Assembly: GCA_964394645.1 (NCBI GenBank) | Contig: CAYMYC010000001.1 | Coordinates: 47,241 to 111,240 of the forward strand | Origin: an uncultured Gammaproteobacteria bacterium | Lineage (GTDB): Bacteria; Patescibacteriota; Microgenomatia; Levybacterales; GWA1-39-11 | Length of the DNA stretch: 64,000 nucleotides | Direction: 5' to 3' | Shown: piece by piece, positions 18,894 through 26,928 of the stretch | Numbering within the stretch: position 1 is the stretch's first letter | How the letters are laid out: each line of letters begins with the position of its first letter | The notes under the pieces: model-generated | What the model saw: only the letters and a program-made list of their open reading frames with translations | What the model was told of the DNA's origin: nothing | Database searches by the model: none | Translations under genes and position numbers: made by a program

Positions 18894-21263
18894 ATGAGAA
18901 ATTTTGACAGCTTTAGCATATATGTGTTTTACAATAATAGGCTCATAAAAACTATTCGTTTTTTAACACTTTTCTTATTAACGATCACCCTGTTTTTTAC
19001 AAGAAGCGACCTATACTTATTCAGAATAATTCTCAGTTTTTATATAGTACTCCTCATAAATGAAATTTTTGTCCATTTTAAAATTAATAAATCAAACCCT
19101 ATACATACAATAATGGTAGATGATAATTTACCCCAGAAGGCAGTACTCTTTAGTGTAAGATACTTACTTCAGTCAAAAAGTAATAATTCTTTTTTTGAGA
19201 AGTTGATAAAACGGGAAGATGTTGTATTTTTTATTGCAAAAATTGACGGATTTAATTTTTCTCCGATTGAATACAATATGGATGGATTATTAAGTAAAGC
19301 ACGTATTCTTGCGCGAACCTGCAAGGGAACATATATTACTGCATCTGATATTTTTGCAGCATACCTTCTTTTAACTGAAAATGAAAGTCACCTATTGGAT
19401 CAGAAAGAGTTAACAGAAAACGATATTCTGGAAATACTTTTATGGAGTAGGGGGAAATATAATCTTGATAAGATAAAAGATTTTACCATGCATTTTACAG
19501 GATCAGGGGTTTTTGATTTTTTTATTTACGGATGGAATACTCAATTAAAAGAATACTCATATGATATAACATATAGTCTATTAGGAAAAAATATGGCTCC
19601 TGTGGTAGGCAGACAAAAGGAATTTTCTCAAATGGTAGGAATACTTTCAAAAAATTCAATCAATAATCTATTAATAATTGGTGACCCTGGAGTTGGAAAA
19701 TCCTCGCTTGTTTCGCTCTTAGCGTTAGAGGCATACCGAAATACAAGATTTGTTTTACATAACACTGTTGTCTATGAGCTTCTTGTTGATAGGCTACTTG
19801 CGGGAGTTTCAGATGCTGGAGAATTGGAAGCACGTTTAGGTATGCTTCTTTCCGAAATCGAACATATTGGAAATACGATACTTTTTATTCAAAATATGGA
19901 AAATATTTTTGGAGCTGGAGGATTTGGTTTTGATATGTCAGGAATATTATTTTCCTATTTAAAAAATGGAAGATTACAGATAATAGGCACAACTACACCT
20001 TCATCTTACAAGTCTGTAATTGAGAAGAAATCAAGCATCATGAGTCTTTTTGAGCTGTTGAGATTAGAAGAGCCTGAGCGTGATGTTTCATTACAAATGA
20101 TAGTTGCCCATGTCGATAGTATTGAAAGAGAATATCATGTAAGTATCTCATATAAAGCAATACATGAAGCATTGGAGTTGGCATCATCATTTCTCCCTGA
20201 AACATTTCTCCCTGGAAAAGCAATAATTCTTCTCTATGATGTTTCCTCGAGAGTTAGACTAGAGGGAAGAGGTCAAGTTGAAAAGGAGGATGTGGTTAGG
20301 TTTATCCAAGAGAAGACAAATATTTTACTTGAGAGACCAGATATAGATGAGAAAAAAGTTTTATTATCCCTGGAGCAAGATTTGCATAAGAGAATAATCG
20401 GACAGGATGAGGCGGTTACTGCAATCTCTAAGGCAATAAGAAGGCTTAGGAGTGGTTTTTCTCAGAGCAAGCGCCCTATCTCGACCTTTCTTTTTCTAGG
20501 TCCTACAGGAGTAGGAAAAACGGAAACTGCAAAAGCACTAGCTCAGATCTACTTTGGGGATGAAGCAAATATGATCAGGCTTGATATGAGTGAGTATCAG
20601 ACACAAAATGAGGTAGAGAGATTATTGGGTGGCGTTCCTGGAGGAATAGAAATAGAAAGCTCATTGCCTGAGCAGGTAAGACTTCATCCTTTTTCATTAA
20701 TATTATTGGATGAATTTGAGAAAGCACATCCGCACATATTAGATATTTTTCTACAGGTTTTTGAGGATGGTCGGCTTACGGATAATAACGGCAAAACGGT
20801 TTCTTTTAAAAATACTATTATTATCGCAACAAGTAATGCTGGTTCAGAATCAATTCGTGAGATGATGCATGAGGGGAAAGACCCGTCATTGGCTAAAGAC
20901 ATTTTAGTGGAGGGACTACTTAGTGGGGGAGTTTTTAAGCCAGAGCTTTTAAATAGATTTGATGATGTGATTATTTTTACTCCGCTTTCTGTTTCTGAAG
21001 CGACTGAAATCGCAAAGTTAATCCTTGCATTATCTCTGAAGTCATTAGAAGATGATCAGATTTTTATTGATTTTGATGATAAGGTAGCCGGTAAAATCGT
21101 ACATGATTCATTTGATGAAGATGCTGGTGCTCGAAATATGAGAAGGTATGTCGGATCAACAATTGAGGATTATTTATCAAAGCTTATATTGGAAGACAAA
21201 TTACAAAAAGGATCACACGTTATTTTGACAGTCGACGAGACCAATAATTTTATATTACAATAA
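18894..21263 (+). CDS. Hsp100/Clp-like AAA+ paralog with a hydrophobic N-terminus and a degenerate first AAA module
   Basis: D1 keeps Walker A (GDPGVGKSS). Its Walker B reads ILFIQNMENIF in place of the canonical LFIDEIH, and the arginine-finger region reads SIMSLFE instead of ERRFQ. D2 is intact (GPTGVGKTE; ILLDEFEKAHPHILDIFLQVFEDGRLTD). The first roughly 70 aa are predicted to be TM-like. A degenerate Clp_N-like region begins near MVDDNLPQK. Confidence 0.8.
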   Translation: MRNFDSFSIYVFYNNRLIKTIRFLTLFLLTITLFFTRSDLYLFRIILSFYIVLLINEIFVHFKINKSNPIHTIMVDDNLPQKAVLFSVRYLLQSKSNNSFFEKLIKREDVVFFIAKIDGFNFSPIEYNMDGLLSKARILARTCKGTYITASDIFAAYLLLTENESHLLDQKELTENDILEILLWSRGKYNLDKIKDFTMHFTGSGVFDFFIYGWNTQLKEYSYDITYSLLGKNMAPVVGRQKEFSQMVGILSKNSINNLLIIGDPGVGKSSLVSLLALEAYRNTRFVLHNTVVYELLVDRLLAGVSDAGELEARLGMLLSEIEHIGNTILFIQNMENIFGAGGFGFDMSGILFSYLKNGRLQIIGTTTPSSYKSVIEKKSSIMSLFELLRLEEPERDVSLQMIVAHVDSIEREYHVSISYKAIHEALELASSFLPETFLPGKAIILLYDVSSRVRLEGRGQVEKEDVVRFIQEKTNILLERPDIDEKKVLLSLEQDLHKRIIGQDEAVTAISKAIRRLRSGFSQSKRPISTFLFLGPTGVGKTETAKALAQIYFGDEANMIRLDMSEYQTQNEVERLLGGVPGGIEIESSLPEQVRLHPFSLILLDEFEKAHPHILDIFLQVFEDGRLTDNNGKTVSFKNTIIIATSNAGSESIREMMHEGKDPSLAKDILVEGLLSGGVFKPELLNRFDDVIIFTPLSVSEATEIAKLILALSLKSLEDDQIFIDFDDKVAGKIVHDSFDEDAGARNMRRYVGSTIEDYLSKLILEDKLQKGSHVILTVDETNNFILQ

Positions 21264-21270
21264 TAGTAGA

Positions 21271-22272
21271 GTGAAAATATCAATTTTTGAAGTTGAGAAA
21301 TGGGAAGAAGATTTTTTAAAAAAATCTTTGCGGACTTCTGATGAATTATTATTTTTTAATCATCCCCTAAATCTTGAAGATATAGACTCAATAAGAGATA
21401 CAGATGCGATAATCGTTTTTATTTATTCCTCTATAACAAAAGAAGTTCTTGATTCTTTGCCCAATCTCAAATTTATTGCGACTATGTCGACAGGGTTTGA
21501 CCATATTGATCTTTCAGTGTGTAAAGAAAAGAATATAATTGTAAGCAATGTTTCAGGATATGGTGAAATTACCGTTGCTGAGCACACTTTTAGTCTCCTT
21601 TTAGCTATCTCTCACAGACTTATTGAGTCTTACGATCGGGTAAAAGAGGGATATTTTTCGCCTGAAGGATTAACTGGATTTGATTTATCCGGGAAAACGC
21701 TCGGTGTCGTTGGGGTAGGAAGTATAGGAACTCATGTTATAGAAATAGCTCATGGATTTAATATGAATGTTTTAGGATATAAAAGAAGTCCTGATCCTGA
21801 GCTTGAAAAAAGGTTTAATTTTAAAATTGTTGATCTTCCAACGCTTTATGCAAAATCTGATATTATTTCACTTCATGTCCCATACACAAAAGAAACGCAC
21901 CACATGATAAACGAAGAAGCACTTTCTCAAATGAAAGATAAGGTTGTTTTAATAAACACAGCAAGGGGTCCCCTTATTGATACAAATGCAGTACTTAAAT
22001 ATTTAGATAACGGTAAGCTGAGAGGTTTAGGTTTGGATGTTTGTGAGAATGAGCCAATGTTGCGGGAGGAGAAGCAGATATTGTCTAAAGAATTTAATAA
22101 GGAGGATCTCCTATGCTTGCTTGAAGAAAAGATGCTTTTAAACTATAAGAATGTAATCATTACTCCACACAATGCATTTAATAGCAAAGAGGCATTAGAA
22201 CTAATATTGCAGACAACGGTTGATAATATATCTGGATTTATTAATAATGCTCCCCAGAACATTGTTTCCTAG
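21271..22272 (+). CDS. D-isomer-specific 2-hydroxyacid dehydrogenase (D-lactate dehydrogenase-like)
   Basis: NAD-binding GKTLGVVGVGSIGTHV. Catalytic NTARG (Arg) and ITPHNAF (His). GTG start. Confidence 0.85.
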   Translation: MKISIFEVEKWEEDFLKKSLRTSDELLFFNHPLNLEDIDSIRDTDAIIVFIYSSITKEVLDSLPNLKFIATMSTGFDHIDLSVCKEKNIIVSNVSGYGEITVAEHTFSLLLAISHRLIESYDRVKEGYFSPEGLTGFDLSGKTLGVVGVGSIGTHVIEIAHGFNMNVLGYKRSPDPELEKRFNFKIVDLPTLYAKSDIISLHVPYTKETHHMINEEALSQMKDKVVLINTARGPLIDTNAVLKYLDNGKLRGLGLDVCENEPMLREEKQILSKEFNKEDLLCLLEEKMLLNYKNVIITPHNAFNSKEALELILQTTVDNISGFINNAPQNIVS

Positions 22273-22275
22273 TTT

Positions 22276-24351
22276 CTATAGTAAGAAAGATTTTAATAAT
22301 TGTAGTCTGGTATAAAATGGTAGGGTTTTTATAAAAAGAGCTTTTATTAAGGCTTTTCGCTTAGTAGTTCTAATTCCAATAAAGACTGACAAGAAGATGA
22401 TTATAGCGTAATATATCCACATATCCCTTGCATAGTTATCTCCTTTATCTAAATATGCTCCTGCAATTTTTATTTCTTTCTTCCCCCTCGTTTTATCCCC
22501 GGTCTTTGTAGTTGCAGCAAGAACATTACCATTTTGTTTAGAGGATACTGTAAAATAACTTTCTGCGGATGTATCAACTGCCGTATCTATCCCTGTAGTG
22601 CCGGTTACGTAGGAAACAGCAGTATAATTCCCTGCAGGGGCATTTTTTGTAAGAACCAAACCCGTTGTTAACCGTTTAGTTTTCTGTGCTTCAATATCTT
22701 TGAGATCAAACGAAGGTCCTCCCATAAATTCTCCATCTTTGTAAAGTCCGATTAGTAATTTCGCCCCATAGACCGTTCCTGTTCCGGTATTTTTTGTATC
22801 AACAAAAAAAGTAACAGTGTCACCAGGATTTATAAATACACCTACATTATTTTTATTTGTAACCATAAGTTTTCCTCCGGATTCTGGATCATTTATTTTT
22901 TCTTGATTCTGATCGTTTGATTTCTTTTCCTGTGGATTTTCTTCTCGTGTTGTTTCAGCAATAAATTTACTTACGCCTCCAATATTCCCTGACCAGTTCC
23001 CAAAAACGTTAACGAAAGCAAAAAGCCCATTTGTTTTGAAAAAATTTGAATTGATAAAATTAATCAATGAAACAGCAGAATATGCATTTCCAGTATGGAT
23101 TTTTCCAGTCTCCCCATGAATAGTATTATTTCCGGTATCTGCCTCTGTTTGAATTGTATTCCGTATAATGGCGGTGTTATCCATTGTTAGAAAAGGATTA
23201 TCACAATCACAGTCACCGTTATTATTTGAGATGTTTAAATTATTTCCGCCGTTTTGTGGTTCTAAACTATCCCACCCCAAAAAACTACCCGTCCACTTTC
23301 CTAAAACATTTATGAACAATTTCTGAAATATTGCTCCTATTGCATTCGTATTTACCATATCTACAATGTTTATAATACTGTGTGATGTTCCTGTTGTGAT
23401 CGTTGAAGAAGAACTAGCGGTATCTATTGTGTTGTTTCCGGTGTTTGAACCAGTAATAACAGTATTTTCTATGACTGCTGCATTTTTCATGGTTGCAGAG
23501 GCACCACAAGACGTGCACACAGTTTCTTTACGAAAGTCAGGAAGGAATATATTGCCGGAGAAATTACCAAATATATTAATGGTGACTATATGGATAACAG
23601 AATCGATAACAGTGAAGTTTGCTTTATTCATGAGGGAGACAACAGAATACGCGTCTCCAGTTTTAATAGTTGCGTTTTCACCTTCAGCTATTTCATTGTT
23701 TCCAGTTGATGCTGTGGCTAGTACATCATTTGCAAGATATACATAATTTTTTGCATCGGTTAGGGAAACGTTAACTATTGGATTTATATTTTTATCCTGA
23801 GAGATAATCGTATATGCGAGAGTAAAGGGTGTAGATAAATCTATATCTTCCTCGTTATCTACAAAAATATTAATAGTTTGATTTATAACCTGTGAATTAA
23901 CTGAATTTGTATTTATTGTATTGTCTATTGCCACGAGAGTTGTTGAATTACTGGTCGTAACAGAAGAATTTAAGCCGTCTTGAGTAGTTATGACACTCGG
24001 AGATGTTTCTTGTGAGCCGGTTGTATTTGAAGTAGGTATTGCTTCTTCAATTCCCTCCGGATTTAATTCGGCAGAGGCGGTTGAAATATTTGTTCCTGTG
24101 TTAGAGTCTCCCGTAGTTGAGTCATGCGCTTCAATACTATTCGTTTGCGTTGTGTTATCTATAGTTTCAGTTGGGGGAGGTGTAGAGGTGATGGTTGGTG
24201 TAGGTGTTGGATCAGTTTGCTGTTCTATGATAGGAGTAGGAGTATCAGTTGGTATCTCATCAAGGGCGTAGACAGAGAACGGTGATAATGAATTGACTCC
24301 AATAACAAGAAATATAATAAAAAATGCGAAATATCTTTTCAATCCTGCCAT
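22276..24351 (-). CDS. secreted or surface repeat protein (691 aa): signal peptide, Thr/Pro-rich linker, three ~110-aa Asn/Thr/Gly-rich modules, and a C-terminal TM anchor
   Basis: Signal peptide MAGLKRYFAFFIIFLVIGVNSLSPFSVYA. TPTPTP linker. Three modules share the pattern CxC...TGNNTI...TG(D/N)AYS(V/A)VSL(M/I)N...NVFGNWSGNI (CTSCG, DCDCD). The C-terminus has WIYYAIIIFLSVFIGI followed by a basic tail. Confidence 0.7.
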   Translation of the reverse strand: MAGLKRYFAFFIIFLVIGVNSLSPFSVYALDEIPTDTPTPIIEQQTDPTPTPTITSTPPPTETIDNTTQTNSIEAHDSTTGDSNTGTNISTASAELNPEGIEEAIPTSNTTGSQETSPSVITTQDGLNSSVTTSNSTTLVAIDNTINTNSVNSQVINQTINIFVDNEEDIDLSTPFTLAYTIISQDKNINPIVNVSLTDAKNYVYLANDVLATASTGNNEIAEGENATIKTGDAYSVVSLMNKANFTVIDSVIHIVTINIFGNFSGNIFLPDFRKETVCTSCGASATMKNAAVIENTVITGSNTGNNTIDTASSSSTITTGTSHSIINIVDMVNTNAIGAIFQKLFINVLGKWTGSFLGWDSLEPQNGGNNLNISNNNGDCDCDNPFLTMDNTAIIRNTIQTEADTGNNTIHGETGKIHTGNAYSAVSLINFINSNFFKTNGLFAFVNVFGNWSGNIGGVSKFIAETTREENPQEKKSNDQNQEKINDPESGGKLMVTNKNNVGVFINPGDTVTFFVDTKNTGTGTVYGAKLLIGLYKDGEFMGGPSFDLKDIEAQKTKRLTTGLVLTKNAPAGNYTAVSYVTGTTGIDTAVDTSAESYFTVSSKQNGNVLAATTKTGDKTRGKKEIKIAGAYLDKGDNYARDMWIYYAIIIFLSVFIGIRTTKRKALIKALFIKTLPFYTRLQLLKSFLL

Positions 24352-24394
24352 ATAATTAATTTTATGTATAAAGCTAACTCGCGTGTAAATCAGA

Positions 24395-24426
24395 CTTGAG
24401 GAGGAGAGTTTCCTCCCCTCCTCAAG
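24395..24426. terminator. GC-rich hairpin (CTTGAGGAGG...CCTCCTCAAG) between the two repeat-protein genes; candidate terminator or attenuator
   Basis: 10-bp perfect stem with a 12-nt interior that can pair further. Stands out in AT-rich DNA. Lies downstream of the 163-aa gene and upstream of the 691-aa gene, both on the minus strand. The T-tract is weak. Confidence 0.4.
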
Positions 24427-24441
24427 AAACTTACAAAAAAA

Positions 24442-24933
24442 CTATTCAACAACGTTTGTGTTGACAACGTTATTTACTGCTACTCCTGTTGAAGCAGCTC
24501 CTGTCATTGAAAGTTGTGCACCAAGAAGCGCAAAGTTTGCGTTCTTTCCTGAGTTAGATGTGCCTTTAACGTTTGTTGCAACAAAAGCAGAATTTGCTTG
24601 TGTTGTATTTCCGTTTGCGACTCCAACGTTCAATTTAGGGTTAACACATCCACAACTTGTGCCATTGTAGTTTACGTGTTGAGTAACACCTACACTGGTA
24701 GTGGCTGCTCCGGTTGTTGACCCTTGGATTCCCACTGCTGCTGCGTTAAGATTTTTCCCAGTGTTTGAGGCTCCCTTAACGTTTGTTACAACAACTGCGT
24801 TATTTGTTTGTGTTGTGTTTCCGTTTAACGCACCAATATTTACTGCAGCAAATGTTGGGGTTGCAGCGCCAAGCATTACTGCTCCCGCTGCTGCTGATAC
24901 GACCAATTTTTTAAAATTCATATAAATATTCAC
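24442..24933 (-). CDS. small secreted Asn/Thr/Gly-rich protein (163 aa) with two copies of the same repeat family as the 691-aa protein
   Basis: Signal peptide ...AATPTFA|AV. Two repeats, GNTTQTNNAVVVTNVKGASNTGKNLNAAAVG and GNTTQANSAFVATNVKGTSNSGKNANFALLG, with SCGC preceding the second. AAGGAGGTG RBS. Confidence 0.65.
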   Translation of the reverse strand: MNIYMNFKKLVVSAAAGAVMLGAATPTFAAVNIGALNGNTTQTNNAVVVTNVKGASNTGKNLNAAAVGIQGSTTGAATTSVGVTQHVNYNGTSCGCVNPKLNVGVANGNTTQANSAFVATNVKGTSNSGKNANFALLGAQLSMTGAASTGVAVNNVVNTNVVE

Positions 24934-25142
24934 CTCCTTTTTTTAATATAACGAATGAAAATCGGCTATGTTCCCATGGGAAGTAAAACCGATTTTAAAT
25001 AAATATGGAAGAATAGTATTCATGTTTTAAAAAAATATAAAAACCTACAAAAAAAAGACACATCACCCGACATAATCGGGATCAGTGCCTCCGTTAACGG
25101 CCAGCATTTCCTTGTTAAGGTAAGTTATAAACTAATACTAAG

Positions 25143-25343
25143 TTAATTGTCAATGCTTTGTTTATATACATCTTTTCTTGAGGTAATTAAGGGTTTCTTA
25201 ATATTTTTTTCCGTAATTTGTGTAACTAAAAAATCTTGTACGCAAATTTCAACAGTGCCCCATCCACGAATATTTTGTAAAGAAGAAACTAGTTCATTAA
25301 CAAGATCAGGAGTAATTTTTTTCGTAGAATATTTGTCTGCCAT
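25143..25343 (-). CDS. small protein, DUF2292/YezD-like (tentative)
   Basis: Starting at Met10: MADKYSTKKITPDLVNELVSSLQNIRGWGTVEICVQDFLVTQITEKNIKKPL. This resembles the YGSV.I.VQDG.V.QIE..EK pattern of YezD-family proteins. Confidence 0.4.
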   Translation of the reverse strand: MADKYSTKKITPDLVNELVSSLQNIRGWGTVEICVQDFLVTQITEKNIKKPLITSRKDVYKQSIDN

Positions 25344-25414
25344 ACTGATATTAAAGGGCAGACATATCATTTAAAAATATAGCTTTTCGGCAAAGAGTTG
25401 TCAACAGGTAAAAC

Positions 25415-25825
25415 TTATTTAAAAAAGGATTTGAGCATGTGTTCAATCCTTAATAGGAGGTGTTCTATGTCATTCTTTTTCTCCTTTTTAAGTTTTTTTG
25501 TGCTGTGAGCTGCCGTAGTTCTTTTTTGAATACCAGTAATGCCTGGAGTTGTAATAGTATTTTTAGCTTGAGAAGATGAGCTTGATGAGTTTATCTTAAT
25601 TTCTATTTTGCCATTTTTATTGCTATCTATGACATTTTTCTTACCGTTTGCCTCAATGGATATATGTGTTTCAGCGGTCCCTCCCGAAGTATTAGTTTCA
25701 ACAGATATAGATGTATTTGAGTCGCCTGTTGTATAAGATTCAGCATAGACGTTTGAGAAAGAAAGATAAAGGCTAATTAGCGGAAGAAAAAATAATAATT
25801 GTTTTATATTTACTTTTTTAAACAT
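25415..25825 (-). CDS. secreted hypothetical protein (136 aa) with a Ser-rich segment and a basic C-terminus
   Basis: Signal peptide MFKKVNIKQLLFFLPLISLYLSFSNVYA. SSSSSS run. Lysine-rich tail. Confidence 0.5.
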   Translation of the reverse strand: MFKKVNIKQLLFFLPLISLYLSFSNVYAESYTTGDSNTSISVETNTSGGTAETHISIEANGKKNVIDSNKNGKIEIKINSSSSSSQAKNTITTPGITGIQKRTTAAHSTKKLKKEKKNDIEHLLLRIEHMLKSFFK

Positions 25826-25887
25826 TGTGAGATATTTTATACTTCTTTCTTTTATATTTTGTCAAGAAAATTAGGTTTTTCACACTA

Positions 25888-26928
25888 TTATCGAATAAAC
25901 ATACCATCCCCAAATGAGAAAAATCTAAAATGTTTTTTTCGTGCAACCATATATAATTTAAATAGTTGCCTTCTTCCAATAAATGCTGCAACAAGCATAA
26001 GAAGGCTCGATTTTGGTACATGAAAATTTGTGATAATCTGATCTGTGAATTTTAATTTTGACTTTTCTGTTATAAATATATTCGTTTTTCCATGTAGTTT
26101 TTGAATAGTCTTGTGGGAATCTACGGAAGACTCCAGTGCTCTAACCACTGTTGTACCGATTGCGACTATGCTCTTTCCTTCCATTTTAGCAGTGTTTAGT
26201 AGTTGTGCTGTTGCAGTATCAATTTCATAGAATTCCTCATGTAATTTTTGTTGTTTATAGTGCACTTCATTTAGTGGTGCAAAAGTTCCTATATTTACGT
26301 GTAATGTTATAAAGCATACAATATGTCCCTTTTTTTGTAATTTTTTCATCAGGTTTTTTGTAAAGTGTAGTGACGCGGTTGGTGCTGCGACAGAGCCCTC
26401 ATTTTTTGCAAAGACAGTTTGGTATTCGTCTCTTAGTTTTTTTTCCTTTGTGGTTGTACGTTTTATATATGGGGGTAGAGGCGTTATTCCAATCTTTTGA
26501 AATACTCGCAAGTAACTATTAACAGGAAAGGAAGGTTTTAGAAAATATTCTTTATCTTTTTTTAATTTGACTGTGAAATGATATTCCCCTACTGTTATTA
26601 TTAATCCTTCTTCAAGTTTTTTGTTTGCCCAAAACACTAATTCCTGGTTATCTTTCCGTATGAATAGAAGATCTACCTTCCCTCCTGTTGGTTTTTGTCC
26701 GATTATGCGAGCAGGTATTACTTTTGTGTTATTAAAAACTAAAACTGAATGTGGCAACAAATAGTTATCTAAATTTTTAAAAATATCAATTGAAATGTCC
26801 TTTGATTTTCTATTATAGACTAATAATTTAGCGCTGTCTCGTGGATGTATTGGATTTTGGGCGATATAAGATTCAGGTAATTCGTAGTCATATCTTGATA
26901 GAAGTTTTTCAAAATCAGATTTTGCCAT
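25888..26928 (-). CDS. queA: S-adenosylmethionine:tRNA ribosyltransferase-isomerase
   Basis: N-terminus LSRYDYELPESYIAQNPIHPRDSAKLLVY matches QueA. Forms an operon with tgt, with a 14-nt overlap. Confidence 0.92.
   Translation of the reverse strand: MAKSDFEKLLSRYDYELPESYIAQNPIHPRDSAKLLVYNRKSKDISIDIFKNLDNYLLPHSVLVFNNTKVIPARIIGQKPTGGKVDLLFIRKDNQELVFWANKKLEEGLIITVGEYHFTVKLKKDKEYFLKPSFPVNSYLRVFQKIGITPLPPYIKRTTTKEKKLRDEYQTVFAKNEGSVAAPTASLHFTKNLMKKLQKKGHIVCFITLHVNIGTFAPLNEVHYKQQKLHEEFYEIDTATAQLLNTAKMEGKSIVAIGTTVVRALESSVDSHKTIQKLHGKTNIFITEKSKLKFTDQIITNFHVPKSSLLMLVAAFIGRRQLFKLYMVARKKHFRFFSFGDGMFIR

Noticed and set aside
23366-24271. Plus-strand ORFs of 126 and 93 aa antisense to the 691-aa repeat-protein gene (and similar antisense ORFs at 34836-38009 inside the RND gene, 39849-40481 inside the permease gene, 44791-45721 inside infB, 47780-48085 and 49122-49656 inside pnp, 51512-52018 inside rnj, 53255-54322 inside ftsK, and 60349-61359 inside alaS)
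   Set aside because: They are shadow ORFs on the strand opposite to well-supported genes.
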